A stretch of DNA of 64,000 nucleotides from an uncultured Candidatus Saccharibacteria bacterium. GTDB lineage: Bacteria > Patescibacteriota > Minisyncoccia > Phycocordibacterales > JBBTRF01. Made by a program: the position numbers and the translations under genes. The notes beneath the pieces are model-generated. The model ran no database searches and was not told the DNA's origin. It was given only the letters and a program-made list of their open reading frames with translations. The stretch spans positions 7,668 through 71,667 of the forward strand of contig CAZRTH010000002.1 in NCBI GenBank assembly GCA_964602975.1. Reading direction: 5' to 3'. Shown here one piece after another: positions 9,792 through 20,166 of the stretch (position 1 is the first letter of the stretch; each line of letters begins with the position of its first letter).

Positions 9792-10751
9792 TTATTTTGT
9801 GGCCGTTTCTAGCCATTTCATTAGGATACCAAAGTCTTTTTCGCGAGCATCGGAGCCGAGGATGATAAATACGACATTCCGGGAGCTGTCTTGGATAGGG
9901 AGGCGGAATAGGGAGATGAGCGTCTCGCCGGCGGCGGAGGTGTAGCCGGTCTTGCCCCCGAGAAAGCGCGGATCGTTCACGAATAAATTGATATTTTGCA
10001 GGTCGCGATAGACCGGACCGTCGGTGGCGGCATAGACAGTGGCAGGCTGGCCGGCCAATCGACCGCCATCGAGCATCACTGTTTTTTGGCGAGTCTTGGT
10101 GACGGTCAAAATATCCGGTTGCAGATCCTTGACGCTTTTCGCTAGCAAAAGCAGGTCGTACGCGGTGGAACGATTTTGGCCCGAAAGTCCGGAGGGGTCG
10201 GCGAAGGCGGTGTGGGTCATGTCGAGCAGGGCAGCTTGGCGATTCATCTGCGAGACGAAGTAGCCGACATTGCCGAGGCCGTCATAGATGCCGGCGATCT
10301 GGTCGGCGGCAACATTGCTCGACTCCATCAGCAGGGGATAGAAGAGTTCTTGTACGGAGGAAGGCGCACCGGCTCGGAGGGCAGTGAGTGCGGTCACCAA
10401 TTTGGTGAGCGAAGCGATTGGCAGCTGGAGGGCGGGCTGACGGCTGACAAGCACTTGGCCGGTATCGACATCAGCGACGAGGAAAGCGGTGGCAGTGATT
10501 TTTTGTGGTCGACCAACTTTCTTGCTGATCAGAATATCAGGTTTGTCGAGCCACTGGAGTTTTGGTTTGGAGGCGGAGTCGATGACAGTGTTTGTGGCAA
10601 CAGTGCGATTGGCGGTGTCCGATGGAGGCGTGAGACGATCGAGGCCGGCTTGTACGACGAGAGAGGCAACAACGATGATACCCGTCCATTTGGCGGTGAA
10701 GAGAATGCCTTCAGTGTCGAGGCGACGAGGACGTGAATAGAGAGGATCCAC
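9792..10751 (-). CDS. D-alanyl-D-alanine carboxypeptidase (peptidase S11)
   Basis: PIASLTK (SxxK), SSN (SxN), GKTG; N-terminal TM segment. Confidence 0.9.
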   Translation of the reverse strand: MDPLYSRPRRLDTEGILFTAKWTGIIVVASLVVQAGLDRLTPPSDTANRTVATNTVIDSASKPKLQWLDKPDILISKKVGRPQKITATAFLVADVDTGQVLVSRQPALQLPIASLTKLVTALTALRAGAPSSVQELFYPLLMESSNVAADQIAGIYDGLGNVGYFVSQMNRQAALLDMTHTAFADPSGLSGQNRSTAYDLLLLAKSVKDLQPDILTVTKTRQKTVMLDGGRLAGQPATVYAATDGPVYRDLQNINLFVNDPRFLGGKTGYTSAAGETLISLFRLPIQDSSRNVVFIILGSDAREKDFGILMKWLETATK

Positions 10752-10857
10752 GGGATAATGATAGCATGGGGTAAAGGCATGTCTTGCTACCGAGGAAAGT
10801 CATTCTGGGATACAATAAGAGGTATTACGCCACGTATTTAGTTTATTTTTCTCCGCT

Positions 10858-12003
10858 ATGAAACACGAGAGTGAAGCGACAGCATCTGGAGGTCAAGGAG
10901 AGGCGATAGTTAAAGACGCAGATCTCCCTGAATCGGAATTCGAGCTGGGTTTTGAAGAGATCGCTCGGTCAAAGACAAAAGTGACTGAGGGGAGAAACAA
11001 GGTGCCTGCTGGGGAAGTTTTCCTTGTTAGGCCATGGGAGGACTACACCCTCGTTGCTTTGAAAGATAAGCCCTCTCTGGCCATATATGACGAGCACGGA
11101 GCCATGATCGAGAATTTCAAGGAAAACGGGCTTCTGCATAAAGGTGATACCAACTGGGCTAGCCTTATAAGAAGTTGTGGAGGAGGATCATATCTTCTGG
11201 ATAGTCTTGGAGCGCAGGGTTCACGAGACACATTAGCTTTTGATCAACTGGAGACTTTCCTGAAATGGCCTCTGCGTGAATACAACATTCGATTCAGTAC
11301 AAGTCTTTCGGACATACAGAGGGCCCTCGGTAGTGACCAATCTGTTGAAAAAGGATGGAAGTATCAGTCATTTGATAACGGGAAATATCTCCTCTGTATT
11401 GATCCGGAAACTAAAATCTTCTTCGGATACATAACAGAAAATGACAGAGGCATTCGGCTTGCTCCGAAAGACTGGAAGAAAATAGACTTCACCGCCAAGA
11501 GTAATACGTTACCTAAGGATTTTGTAGCGCATATCGAAAAAACGCTACAGCAAACCGATGACTTCAAAGAACTTAACGCGAAGTATGGCGCGATCATTAC
11601 CGATATTGGCATCAATATCATCGATAGTGCAAATCCTTCTGGCGCCCCCGTCTTTAAAGACCTCGTCCCATCTGTTGCTTCAAATATCACAGTCGACCCG
11701 AGCAACCCTGATACGGTGTATTACTGCCAGAGCGGCAATCCAAGGGAGATCACTCGGCTCGATATGACTGGCGATCCGACCAAGTGGCAGACGCGGTCGG
11801 CGGCTATTCCGAAGCAATACGGTGCGATCAAAAACCTCCAACTTGACCCAACCGGCTCATATTTCCTTCTCTATACTCAAACCGCGCTGGTGATGCTTGC
11901 AAAAGAGACACTCGAGGAAATCAAAGAAGTTCCCGGTCTCAAAGAGGCCAATTTTGACTCCCAAGGCCGCGTCCGAGCCGTGGCAAGGACGGTTATTTGG
12001 TGA
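10858..12003 (+). CDS. N-terminal, beta-propeller-like part of a large AAA+ protein; probably one gene with 11997-14732 split by a 1-nt frameshift
   Basis: WD/TolB-like strand repeats (NITVDPSNPDTVYY, NLQLDPTGSYFLL, ANFDSQGRV); the downstream frame reads GKDGYLVTY from 11982. Confidence 0.65.
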   Translation: MKHESEATASGGQGEAIVKDADLPESEFELGFEEIARSKTKVTEGRNKVPAGEVFLVRPWEDYTLVALKDKPSLAIYDEHGAMIENFKENGLLHKGDTNWASLIRSCGGGSYLLDSLGAQGSRDTLAFDQLETFLKWPLREYNIRFSTSLSDIQRALGSDQSVEKGWKYQSFDNGKYLLCIDPETKIFFGYITENDRGIRLAPKDWKKIDFTAKSNTLPKDFVAHIEKTLQQTDDFKELNAKYGAIITDIGINIIDSANPSGAPVFKDLVPSVASNITVDPSNPDTVYYCQSGNPREITRLDMTGDPTKWQTRSAAIPKQYGAIKNLQLDPTGSYFLLYTQTALVMLAKETLEEIKEVPGLKEANFDSQGRVRAVARTVIW

Positions 12004-14732
12004 CATATGCCGTAGACACAAGCGGCTTGGCTCAAGTGATGGAGAGAAAGAGGATTGCACGCCTAACACAAGGAGTAAATGCAACGGACCTTTTCAGGAT
12101 CGATGATCTGAAAAAGAAGGGAGGAAAAACTGCGGTTGAAAAAGAGAAGGATCTCATTCCGGTAAAAGAAAAAATGGAGCGCGATGTTGCGCCTGCTTTG
12201 GAATCTCTGGATACGCTCGAGCACGCGGCGAATTTCAGAAAGCAGCTGGAAGAATTGCGCCGACAGCTCCGTCAGCAGGGTCTCGCCAACGATGAAGTCG
12301 TTTTTGTAACAGAAGGGATCGAGGCTTCAGTCAAAGAGAAAGAGAAGCAATTTGTCTCAAAAGAAACGGTGCCGATGCTTGAGTCAATTGAAAAAGGCTT
12401 GGCAGCTGGGTTGTCTCTATCGACCGCTGTCATCCTTCGAGCGGATCTGGATCGGCTGAAGGCCACCGAGCTGTTAATGGACGACACTGTCCGAGGTAGG
12501 TACCATGCGTTGGTCAATACATTCAACTTGGCATATCAGGAATTATTCCAGCGAGAGGGAAGCAAGATCATCGAAGAGGTTCAGGGCTTGCTGAAAGGGA
12601 TACGAACACAGCTGGATGCGATCACCAACAAAAATGGTTTTGATGATTGGATGGAGTTTCGACTACCACAATATAAGAGCCGGCTTGGAGAGATGCTTCG
12701 CGACTGTCCGATCACAGCGGACGATGCATACAGGGCGATATCCGGAGCTCGTACTGAGTTGCAGACCATTGCGGCTGAATATCAGAAAAAGTTTGAGGAA
12801 GAATACGCGAAGGTTCGGGAGAAAGCTGCGGGACGAGTAGATGCGGTCGTTGTCGATCTGGAGGGGGATATTGCTGCTATTGTCAAAAGGCTTCAAGACA
12901 AAAATTTCAAGGATCGAGCTGCCGCCGAACAGTATCTTTCAAGTAGCGAAGCGAGGAGGGTTTTGGAGAGTGAGATTCAAGCTCTCGCTTCAGATCAGCC
13001 CGATATTGCCGAGGAGCTCAAGCGAGCACTCAGAGTCCAGATCTCAAATAGCCTGTCGGCCATTGAACGTGGCGCGCAACTCAATATCGCAGAGACCGGT
13101 CAGCAGATGGTACTTTTTGGCAAGACCACTTTCCCTAAGTGGGAGGCAAAGGTGAAGGAGAAGAGGAAGAGGGCTGTGAGCCTCACCTTCGAGACCGATG
13201 AGAGAAGCCATGGTCCCGGAGTGAAGCCTGATCAGATCCAAGGTGACGTCGTGTTTGCGGTGACAGACCAGAAAGGAGAAAAGAACAAGGTCGGTCCATA
13301 TGAAGGGTGGACAGATGAGCATGAGTGGCGCCTCGGTCTTCATGCTCTACGAGGTCAGAGCACCCCGCCTTCATATATGACCGCGGAGGAGTTTCGAAAT
13401 GTGAAAAAACAATACAGCGCTTGGGAAAGCGGAACGCTCAAGAAGGAGTATGAGACTCGACGCCAAGAGCTTGCTACTATCTACGCCACTCGCGAGAAGG
13501 TGGGAAAGCGTAGTGCTGATAAAGAAACCCTTTGGAAGACAATGTATCAAGCAAAGCTGAGGGACCATGCTGAGTTTCTTGCCAAGAATCACATCAGTCT
13601 GTTTCGGCGCGCGGATGCCGTAAGAGAGAGTGACGAGGTGGATACGAACGGCAAGGGATTCGTGCCAAGCTGGCAAAGCCACTGGGTTGTCGATCCTGAT
13701 ACGGAATATAACCTCGAACGAATGGCAGAAACATTCAAGATGCAGCTCGACCTGAGGGAAGGTGTACTCAATCTCGATGGTCATGCCGGTACAGGAAAGG
13801 ACGTTCTCATGAAAATGTTCAGTAATCGAACAAATCGACCATACTTCAGCACCGATTGTACGAAGTGGACCACCGAGTACGAACTTTCTGAAGACGTTGT
13901 GCTTGAGGCAAAGGACGGAGCAACCCAGACGATCAAGGTACCGAGCGCTGTTTTGAACGGCATCCAGACCCCAGGAGCGCTGGTGTATTTCAATGAGGTG
14001 AACGGCATGCCTGAGCAAGCGCAGATCTTCCTGCATGCCCTATGGGACGAAAAGCGATCTTTGACCCTCAAGACCAGCTCTGGAAAGGTGGTGAAGGCTC
14101 ATCCGACCGTACTTTTTGCAAGCTCAAAGAACCCTGGGTATCCTGGTACCTTCGACCCACAGTTTGCGACCAAGAGTCGTATGGTATCGATGGAGATCGG
14201 CTATCCTTCACTGCACACTATCGCCAAGCCGGAGGACAAGAATCCAAACAAGCCATTTAATTCATCCGAGGCTCTGCGTATCGCCCGCGAAGTCAGTTCG
14301 TTGTCAGACATGACCTTTGAACCGAACATGGACAGGAACGAATTTGTACAAATGTGGGATAGCCACGTGAATGGCATCAAAAATGGTGCTCCAAAGCCAA
14401 GCGCTGTCCAGGAGTTCGATATCAAGACCATTCTCGCGTTAGTACAGTTTGGCACCAAGCTTCGCGAAAACTTCAAATTGAACTTTGAGAAGAGCCGAGA
14501 TGCTCGCAACGCTCTCCCTGTCCATCAGCCACTGACCTCTCGCGAGTTGCGCAGGGCTGCATATGGACTCTCCAAGACTCCTGTTGATGAAAAGATCAAG
14601 GGCAATCCCGATACCACAGCTCGTGAGCTTCTGGAGCGTTTCTTCCTGAGCCACATCGATAAGACCGAGGATCGCGAGAAGATCAAAACGGCGATGGCGA
14701 CCTGGCGTTCTCAAAAGAGGGTAGCCGCTTAA
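11997..14732 (+). CDS. Coiled-coil plus MoxR/dynein-related (AAA_5-like) AAA+ ATPase
   Basis: Walker A GHAGTGKD, Walker B variant VYFNE, sensor-1 ASSKNPGY, Arg finger ATKSRM, sensor-2 TSRELRR. Confidence 0.85.
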   Translation: MVTYAVDTSGLAQVMERKRIARLTQGVNATDLFRIDDLKKKGGKTAVEKEKDLIPVKEKMERDVAPALESLDTLEHAANFRKQLEELRRQLRQQGLANDEVVFVTEGIEASVKEKEKQFVSKETVPMLESIEKGLAAGLSLSTAVILRADLDRLKATELLMDDTVRGRYHALVNTFNLAYQELFQREGSKIIEEVQGLLKGIRTQLDAITNKNGFDDWMEFRLPQYKSRLGEMLRDCPITADDAYRAISGARTELQTIAAEYQKKFEEEYAKVREKAAGRVDAVVVDLEGDIAAIVKRLQDKNFKDRAAAEQYLSSSEARRVLESEIQALASDQPDIAEELKRALRVQISNSLSAIERGAQLNIAETGQQMVLFGKTTFPKWEAKVKEKRKRAVSLTFETDERSHGPGVKPDQIQGDVVFAVTDQKGEKNKVGPYEGWTDEHEWRLGLHALRGQSTPPSYMTAEEFRNVKKQYSAWESGTLKKEYETRRQELATIYATREKVGKRSADKETLWKTMYQAKLRDHAEFLAKNHISLFRRADAVRESDEVDTNGKGFVPSWQSHWVVDPDTEYNLERMAETFKMQLDLREGVLNLDGHAGTGKDVLMKMFSNRTNRPYFSTDCTKWTTEYELSEDVVLEAKDGATQTIKVPSAVLNGIQTPGALVYFNEVNGMPEQAQIFLHALWDEKRSLTLKTSSGKVVKAHPTVLFASSKNPGYPGTFDPQFATKSRMVSMEIGYPSLHTIAKPEDKNPNKPFNSSEALRIAREVSSLSDMTFEPNMDRNEFVQMWDSHVNGIKNGAPKPSAVQEFDIKTILALVQFGTKLRENFKLNFEKSRDARNALPVHQPLTSRELRRAAYGLSKTPVDEKIKGNPDTTARELLERFFLSHIDKTEDREKIKTAMATWRSQKRVAA

Positions 14733-14741
14733 CACCTGTCT

Positions 14742-17700
14742 ATGAAATCACCGGAGGATCATTCTGAAAGCGTCCCGAGATCGAACAAGAAACATGTTCG
14801 AGAAATGGTCTTTCTCGCCGAACAGGCAAAGGAAGGCGCATTGAAAGTGCTACCAGGAAAGGCTTGGGCACAGCATTTTCCTGTTCCTGCCGAAGAACGC
14901 AGAGAGATCCTTCAGGGAGTTCTCGATGGAAAAGTGAAGCCGCAAGACGCAGAATCAAAGGTCACTCCAGACGCCTTGGTCTATGACGCCGCTGATCTCG
15001 ACAGGGAGGGTTTGGATGGAGTGAGCTCACGAATCTTTGATGAATCGGCGACGGTACAGTACTACGACTACCCGAGATTTACCAAGTTTGTCTCGGAGAT
15101 GAAGGGTACGAAGATCTCTGTCGGGGATTGCGAAAAGCTCTACGGAGCGATCACAAAAGCGAGGACTCAGAAAAAGCTCAGAGATGCTTTTGGAACTACA
15201 GGGCAAGGGCAGCTTGATGGTGTGTTGGTACGTGACGCGAAGGCGATCGTCAGGACCATCGATACCCTTCCTCCGACAGAAAAAGTCTTGCAAGCTCTCA
15301 AGTTGGATTGGCTCTGTAGAGATAGGGGAGCGATCGGGACGCTTGAGCGAGATGAGGTAGTGTCGAAACTTTCCGGTAGCGAAAGAGAGTTATTCAAGAA
15401 GCTCTCCACCGGGTACCGTCAGTACGTCGATCAGGGAGATGAGGCAGGGTACAAGGAATTGTTGGAAGGTATACGTGACAATCACTCTCTTGTTGAAGAG
15501 AAGAAAGAGGCATCTGATGCTCCGAGTGACAGCATGCAGAAGCTTGAGGAAGAGATCGAAGAGTACAAGAAGGATACCGGAAATCCCGGCACTCCAAACG
15601 ACCCAGCTATCCCTCCCGAAGACGCGGACGAGTATCATACGCCGGAAGGAGGGTCACCGGAACAGCCAGAACAAAGCGGTCCTTCCCAAGAGCAACAGGA
15701 ACAAAGACCGATTTTTGAGATCGAGCCACCTCTCGGCGGCTATTATGCTGGTGGGCGAAAAAGCTACTATGATCGCACGAGAAAGACTTGGAGCAAGAAG
15801 AAGCAGTTGAGCGAGTACGCCGGAGTACTTTCAGCATCAGGACGTCACACGCTTTCTGGCAAGACCGACAGAGGAGTGAAATCACTCGCTATTCCGAATA
15901 GTTATGCGTTGGACGCGGTATCTGTGAAATACACCGGCTCCAAACCGAGACTGCACCGTGACCAGAATGGCTGTTTCTATATCGAGACAGATGGACCGTC
16001 GACTTTCTCGGTTGAATTTGCCAAGGAAGACAAGCTGTTCACCGGACCAGTGGTGGCAGAGGATACAGAAAAACTGTACGCAGGAGCCCTTTCCACTGAA
16101 AGTGAAACTTTGTTGCAGGCATTGCAAGGTAATGCAATGAATAAGGCAGAACAGGTGCGTCAGCATATTCTAGCGAATCACTTTTATCCCGGCGGCGGAG
16201 ACTTGGGTGCGGCTCAGGCTGTCCAAGCGAAGCTCCGCCATGAATCAACTCCGGATGCTTATATTCAAAATATCGATAAGGCAGAATATCTGGAATGTTA
16301 CTCCTCGAACACTCTTTTTGTGGCGATGATCCGACAGGCTGGCATACCGGCTCGTCTCGTGATTGGTCACAAGGTAGAGGGTGCTCGCGATGGAAAATCA
16401 GCCATAACAGAGTCTACCGGACATGCATGGTCTGAAGTCTGGGACGGTGGCAAGTGGGTGAGATTTGACGCAACGCCCGCTCCGAAGCCAGAGGACAAGA
16501 AAAAAGACAATAAAGAAAAGGAGGATGATGCGGAAAAGGAAAGCGCTCCTGAGGCGAAAGACAATGGAAAGGAGGCTCCGCAGAAGGAGCAGGAAAAAGG
16601 AGGGACTCCGTCTGATGAGGAAAATGGCGAGTCGAAAGAGCAGGGGGAAGCTAGTGATTCTGATGTCCAGGAAGGCGAAAATAGTGTCCAACAATCAAAA
16701 GAAAAGCTCGAAAAGGACGCCGCTGAAAAAGAAAAGCTCGAAAAGAAACTCGAAAGCGAGAATTCATTCGAAGATCTAGAAAAAATAAAAGAGGAAATAC
16801 AACAGGCCGACCTTTTGGATGATATGCAGAAGGAGCTTGATGAAAAAGTCGAAGCAAAAGAAGAGCAAATGAAGGAATCCATCAAGGATGAACTTGATAA
16901 GATGGTGAAGGACGGTTTCTTGGATGAGGAAAAGAGAAACGAGCTGGAACAGAAGCTTCTTGAGGAAGATGCTGCTGAATTGGATCGTTTGAGAGAGCAG
17001 CTTGAACAGGAAAACTCACTCTACAACGAATATGAGAATATCCGTGATGAAGTGATGCCGCTGGTGGATAAGTGGTTTGAATTTTTTGTAGAGCGCTTGC
17101 CTCGAGAGCAGAATGTCGATGTGGATGAGGATTCTTTGACCCGCCAGGGCGTGTTCAATCGAAGGTCGGTGAACAAGGCGCGAAATTTGTTGTTTGGATC
17201 GATCAAGAATCCCCGTATCATCAAGTCATCTGTAAAGCCATTGTTCATGAGCTCGATCCTTGTCGATGTGAGCGGTTCGATGGCGGGAGAGAAGCTGCAG
17301 AATGCCCGGAAGCTCCTAGTCTTCTATTCTGAATTGTTCACAAAGATCAGCGAAGAATTCGGCTACATCCGATTTTCCATAAATACATTCTCTGATAGAG
17401 TGAACGAGATCAAAGCTTTCGATCAGGATTATTCCGCGACCCAGAGTTACCTTTTCCCTGACAATTCACGCTCGACGGTGAAATTCCGTCTCATGAACAA
17501 TGTTACCGCGCTAGGCGGCACGAACATGCTTGATTCAGTGAAGAAGGCGGCAGCTGATCTTAATCGAGAGACGCACGATTTTCCTGATTATGCATCGGCA
17601 TTCTATTTTGTTGGCGATGGAGAGGATACCTGTGGCAATTCTGGCAATGTGAGTAGCTTTTTGCAGACAAATGATGCCGAGAGGGGATTTGGCGATCACA

Positions 17701-17867
17701 TGAGATCAGCGATCATGCTGGGAACCGAGAGCCAGAAGGCGATTTTGGCGAATATTTTTGGTGAGGAGCATACTACCGTAGCTCCAGATCTCGATTCTCT
17801 GATCGAGGAGAGTATGCTTCGTTTCAACGATGATATTGAAGCGTATATGAACATGAAGACGGGGTAG
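14742..17867 (+). CDS. Transglutaminase-like domain + acidic/coiled-coil linker + C-terminal vWA (MIDAS) protein
   Basis: Cys-His-Asp triad ECYSS / GHAWSEVW / RFDATP; MIDAS DVSGS, GGTN, VGDG. Confidence 0.88.
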   Translation: MKSPEDHSESVPRSNKKHVREMVFLAEQAKEGALKVLPGKAWAQHFPVPAEERREILQGVLDGKVKPQDAESKVTPDALVYDAADLDREGLDGVSSRIFDESATVQYYDYPRFTKFVSEMKGTKISVGDCEKLYGAITKARTQKKLRDAFGTTGQGQLDGVLVRDAKAIVRTIDTLPPTEKVLQALKLDWLCRDRGAIGTLERDEVVSKLSGSERELFKKLSTGYRQYVDQGDEAGYKELLEGIRDNHSLVEEKKEASDAPSDSMQKLEEEIEEYKKDTGNPGTPNDPAIPPEDADEYHTPEGGSPEQPEQSGPSQEQQEQRPIFEIEPPLGGYYAGGRKSYYDRTRKTWSKKKQLSEYAGVLSASGRHTLSGKTDRGVKSLAIPNSYALDAVSVKYTGSKPRLHRDQNGCFYIETDGPSTFSVEFAKEDKLFTGPVVAEDTEKLYAGALSTESETLLQALQGNAMNKAEQVRQHILANHFYPGGGDLGAAQAVQAKLRHESTPDAYIQNIDKAEYLECYSSNTLFVAMIRQAGIPARLVIGHKVEGARDGKSAITESTGHAWSEVWDGGKWVRFDATPAPKPEDKKKDNKEKEDDAEKESAPEAKDNGKEAPQKEQEKGGTPSDEENGESKEQGEASDSDVQEGENSVQQSKEKLEKDAAEKEKLEKKLESENSFEDLEKIKEEIQQADLLDDMQKELDEKVEAKEEQMKESIKDELDKMVKDGFLDEEKRNELEQKLLEEDAAELDRLREQLEQENSLYNEYENIRDEVMPLVDKWFEFFVERLPREQNVDVDEDSLTRQGVFNRRSVNKARNLLFGSIKNPRIIKSSVKPLFMSSILVDVSGSMAGEKLQNARKLLVFYSELFTKISEEFGYIRFSINTFSDRVNEIKAFDQDYSATQSYLFPDNSRSTVKFRLMNNVTALGGTNMLDSVKKAAADLNRETHDFPDYASAFYFVGDGEDTCGNSGNVSSFLQTNDAERGFGDHMRSAIMLGTESQKAILANIFGEEHTTVAPDLDSLIEESMLRFNDDIEAYMNMKTG

Positions 17868-17897
17868 AAGTGTACTTTTCGCCGCGCCTCCAAAATC

Positions 17898-17927
17898 TTG
17901 ACTTATGGCCATATAATATGGTAATAA
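17898..17927 (+). promoter_or_regulatory. Promoter with a palindromic operator upstream of the Ubl operon
   Basis: TTGACT followed by the inverted repeat TTAT-GG-CCATAT-A-ATATGG-TA-ATAA; SD GGAGG at about 17982. Confidence 0.5.
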
Positions 17928-17995
17928 GTGTTGGTAGAACGGTGCATGTGCATCGGTCAATTTGAACCTTAACAATCAAACGGAGGAATTATCGT

Positions 17996-19489
17996 ATGTT
18001 CGCTATTCTCACGCGGATCCGGAGCTGGTTTGAGCGTTTGCTCGGCCAAGACCTCGAGCCGCTGAAAGAAGGTTTTCTTTCGTGCGACTCAGCTCAGAAA
18101 CAGGGGTTGGTGATGACGAAGTTCGAGCTCGAGGTAAGGCCTCGCCGTATCATGGGTGTTCTGCCTGTGTTCGGAGTTCGAAAAGTCGGTTCGGTCTCAT
18201 TTTTCGACGCGGTCAAAGCCCCCATTCGGTCTTCTCTCGCTTCGTTGAGTCATGAGTTGCGCCAAGTCCCTCGACGTGTCCATGATGCGGCCGAAAAAGG
18301 CCTCAAAATTGGAACCGAAAAAGCTGTTGATCAGGCAAAGGCAAAATTGAATGTCGAAACACAAAAGCTCCTTCAGAAATTTGACGAATCGCACCTTTCC
18401 GGGCTCATCAAGTCCGACAGGAATGTCTTTCGTCAAAAGCTTCTCGAGGCCCTCAGTGATCAGGCATCGCAAGTATTTGCCACTGCCACAAAGAAGCATC
18501 TGGCCGAACTCGTCCTGCGCATCCGACAAGAAACATCAGTTTCCGATTCATCGAGTGTCTCCGATGACAATGTCGCTTCATTGCCACTGCCGACCGGCAC
18601 ACGTTTCGTGTTCAGGAAAGGCAAGATGACCACGTTTGTCATCGAGCAACCGCCTCAAAAGCGCACGCTGAAAATCATGAATGAAGGTGGCGATAGATCG
18701 GAGATGGTTCAGTTGGCGCTGCCTTACGTCGTGTTCTTCATCGTCCTGCGCGGTCGCAGATCCGACAAGGCATACGTGCTCTTTCGGAAAGCTCCGCTGC
18801 GAAGCGTGAGAGACGAATTACTCTGCCCAGCTCTTCCCAACATCTTCGGAGACTTCAGCGTTTGTTTTGCTCCATCGGCAGCTAGGGACACCCTGGCAGA
18901 GATGGCGGAAGAATCGATCGCTAGCTTCTGGGGCGGCAGGTTTATCAAAACCGAAGTCGTCACCGAGGCTCACAGGAGGACCCCTATCGAAGATTGGGCT
19001 GAAGGGTCGAGAAAAGACTCCTTGTTTGGCATATCACATCCGTGGATGTCGGCCAAACAGAGTGTTGCAAGCATGATGGAGAAGATCAGCGCTGAATTCG
19101 TTGCTGATACCATTGCTGGCCAGAAAAAAGAAAAAGGCGGCAAGGAGATCGCTTCCGCGCTCGATGCGGCTGTCACCGCGCTTGCGACTAAGATCGAGAA
19201 CGAAATGAAAGAGACCTGCTTCAAGCTCGTTCCTTCATGGAACCTCGATCCGACGGTCCTTGCTCAAACAAGTGCAGGGTTCAAGCAGTCTGTCGCTGAG
19301 GTATGCACTGTAATTAAGGCGCAGCTTGGCGAAAAGATCGAAGGAACCTTGTCGAATGAGGCCTTGGAAGGAGCTCTTGAAGCAGCAATCCAACAAACGA
19401 TCGCCTCGATGAATGCGGACATGGACAAGCCGATGGCGGCCGCTCGCGAAGCGTTCTCCGCGATTCTTAAAGAAAAGGAGGCAAAATGA
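17996..19489 (+). CDS. Prokaryotic E2 (UBC-like, Prok-E2_D/PRTRC-B-like) with long helical extensions on both sides
   Basis: EQPP..R..LALPYVVF..LCPALPNIFGDFSVCF..SFW; PN-x-C active-site signature; E1/JAB/Ubl neighbours. Confidence 0.75.
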   Translation: MFAILTRIRSWFERLLGQDLEPLKEGFLSCDSAQKQGLVMTKFELEVRPRRIMGVLPVFGVRKVGSVSFFDAVKAPIRSSLASLSHELRQVPRRVHDAAEKGLKIGTEKAVDQAKAKLNVETQKLLQKFDESHLSGLIKSDRNVFRQKLLEALSDQASQVFATATKKHLAELVLRIRQETSVSDSSSVSDDNVASLPLPTGTRFVFRKGKMTTFVIEQPPQKRTLKIMNEGGDRSEMVQLALPYVVFFIVLRGRRSDKAYVLFRKAPLRSVRDELLCPALPNIFGDFSVCFAPSAARDTLAEMAEESIASFWGGRFIKTEVVTEAHRRTPIEDWAEGSRKDSLFGISHPWMSAKQSVASMMEKISAEFVADTIAGQKKEKGGKEIASALDAAVTALATKIENEMKETCFKLVPSWNLDPTVLAQTSAGFKQSVAEVCTVIKAQLGEKIEGTLSNEALEGALEAAIQQTIASMNADMDKPMAAAREAFSAILKEKEAK

Positions 19490-20166
19490 CCCCGATTCAT
19501 CTCAAAAAGACAGACGGTGCGAAGCAGTCTCCTGAGACGACCCATTACATTGCGGCCAGAAATGGTCTCTTCCTTCAAAAGAAGATGTGGTGGGTGGATG
19601 CTACGGTGCCTGTGGCTGAGGCGAGCAAGCTCAGGGTCCAACACCCTTCAGCGAGATTGCTTCTGCCTAAGCTTCCCGTAGAGATCTTGGCCCAAGCTCT
19701 GAAACTTGCGAAAGCAGTATACGACGTTTCCAAAAGCGAAGTATGTCTGCTCTTGCACTATGATGAGAAAACGGGCTATCAACTCACCGTTCCAGTGCAA
19801 CTAGTCACGCCCTTAAGCGTCGACTACAACGCTTCACAACGGGTGCCAGGAGCGCTCTGTGTAGGAACTATCCACTCGCACGGTAAGCTGCACGCGTTTC
19901 ATTCCGCCACCGACCATGCTGATGAAGAGACTGCAGATGGCGTCCATGTAACCCTCGGGAGCTTGGATGTGTATCCGCGATTCTCTTTGTCGGCAGAGAT
20001 GGCGATCAACGGGACGAGATTCCCCGTTGAGACTCAGTGGTTCGAAGGACTGGTTCTCGAACAAGAACGCATCTATCGTATCGATTGGCCGGCCATTGAT
20101 TCGTGGGAGGTTCCGCGGAAATGGCTCGATGTCGTCGAGCACAGGAAAGGAACACCATGGCCATAA
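19486..20166 (+). CDS. JAB/MPN+ metallopeptidase (PRTRC-A-like)
   Basis: SE..HSHGKLHAFHSATD = E..HxHx7Sx2D; N-terminal ARNGLF. Confidence 0.9.
   Translation: MTPIHLKKTDGAKQSPETTHYIAARNGLFLQKKMWWVDATVPVAEASKLRVQHPSARLLLPKLPVEILAQALKLAKAVYDVSKSEVCLLLHYDEKTGYQLTVPVQLVTPLSVDYNASQRVPGALCVGTIHSHGKLHAFHSATDHADEETADGVHVTLGSLDVYPRFSLSAEMAINGTRFPVETQWFEGLVLEQERIYRIDWPAIDSWEVPRKWLDVVEHRKGTPWP

Noticed and set aside
14742-17867. Cobaltochelatase CobST or NorQD
   Set aside because: The AAA/vWA layout is similar, but no cobalamin or nor genes are present, and the extra transglutaminase and propeller domains do not fit.
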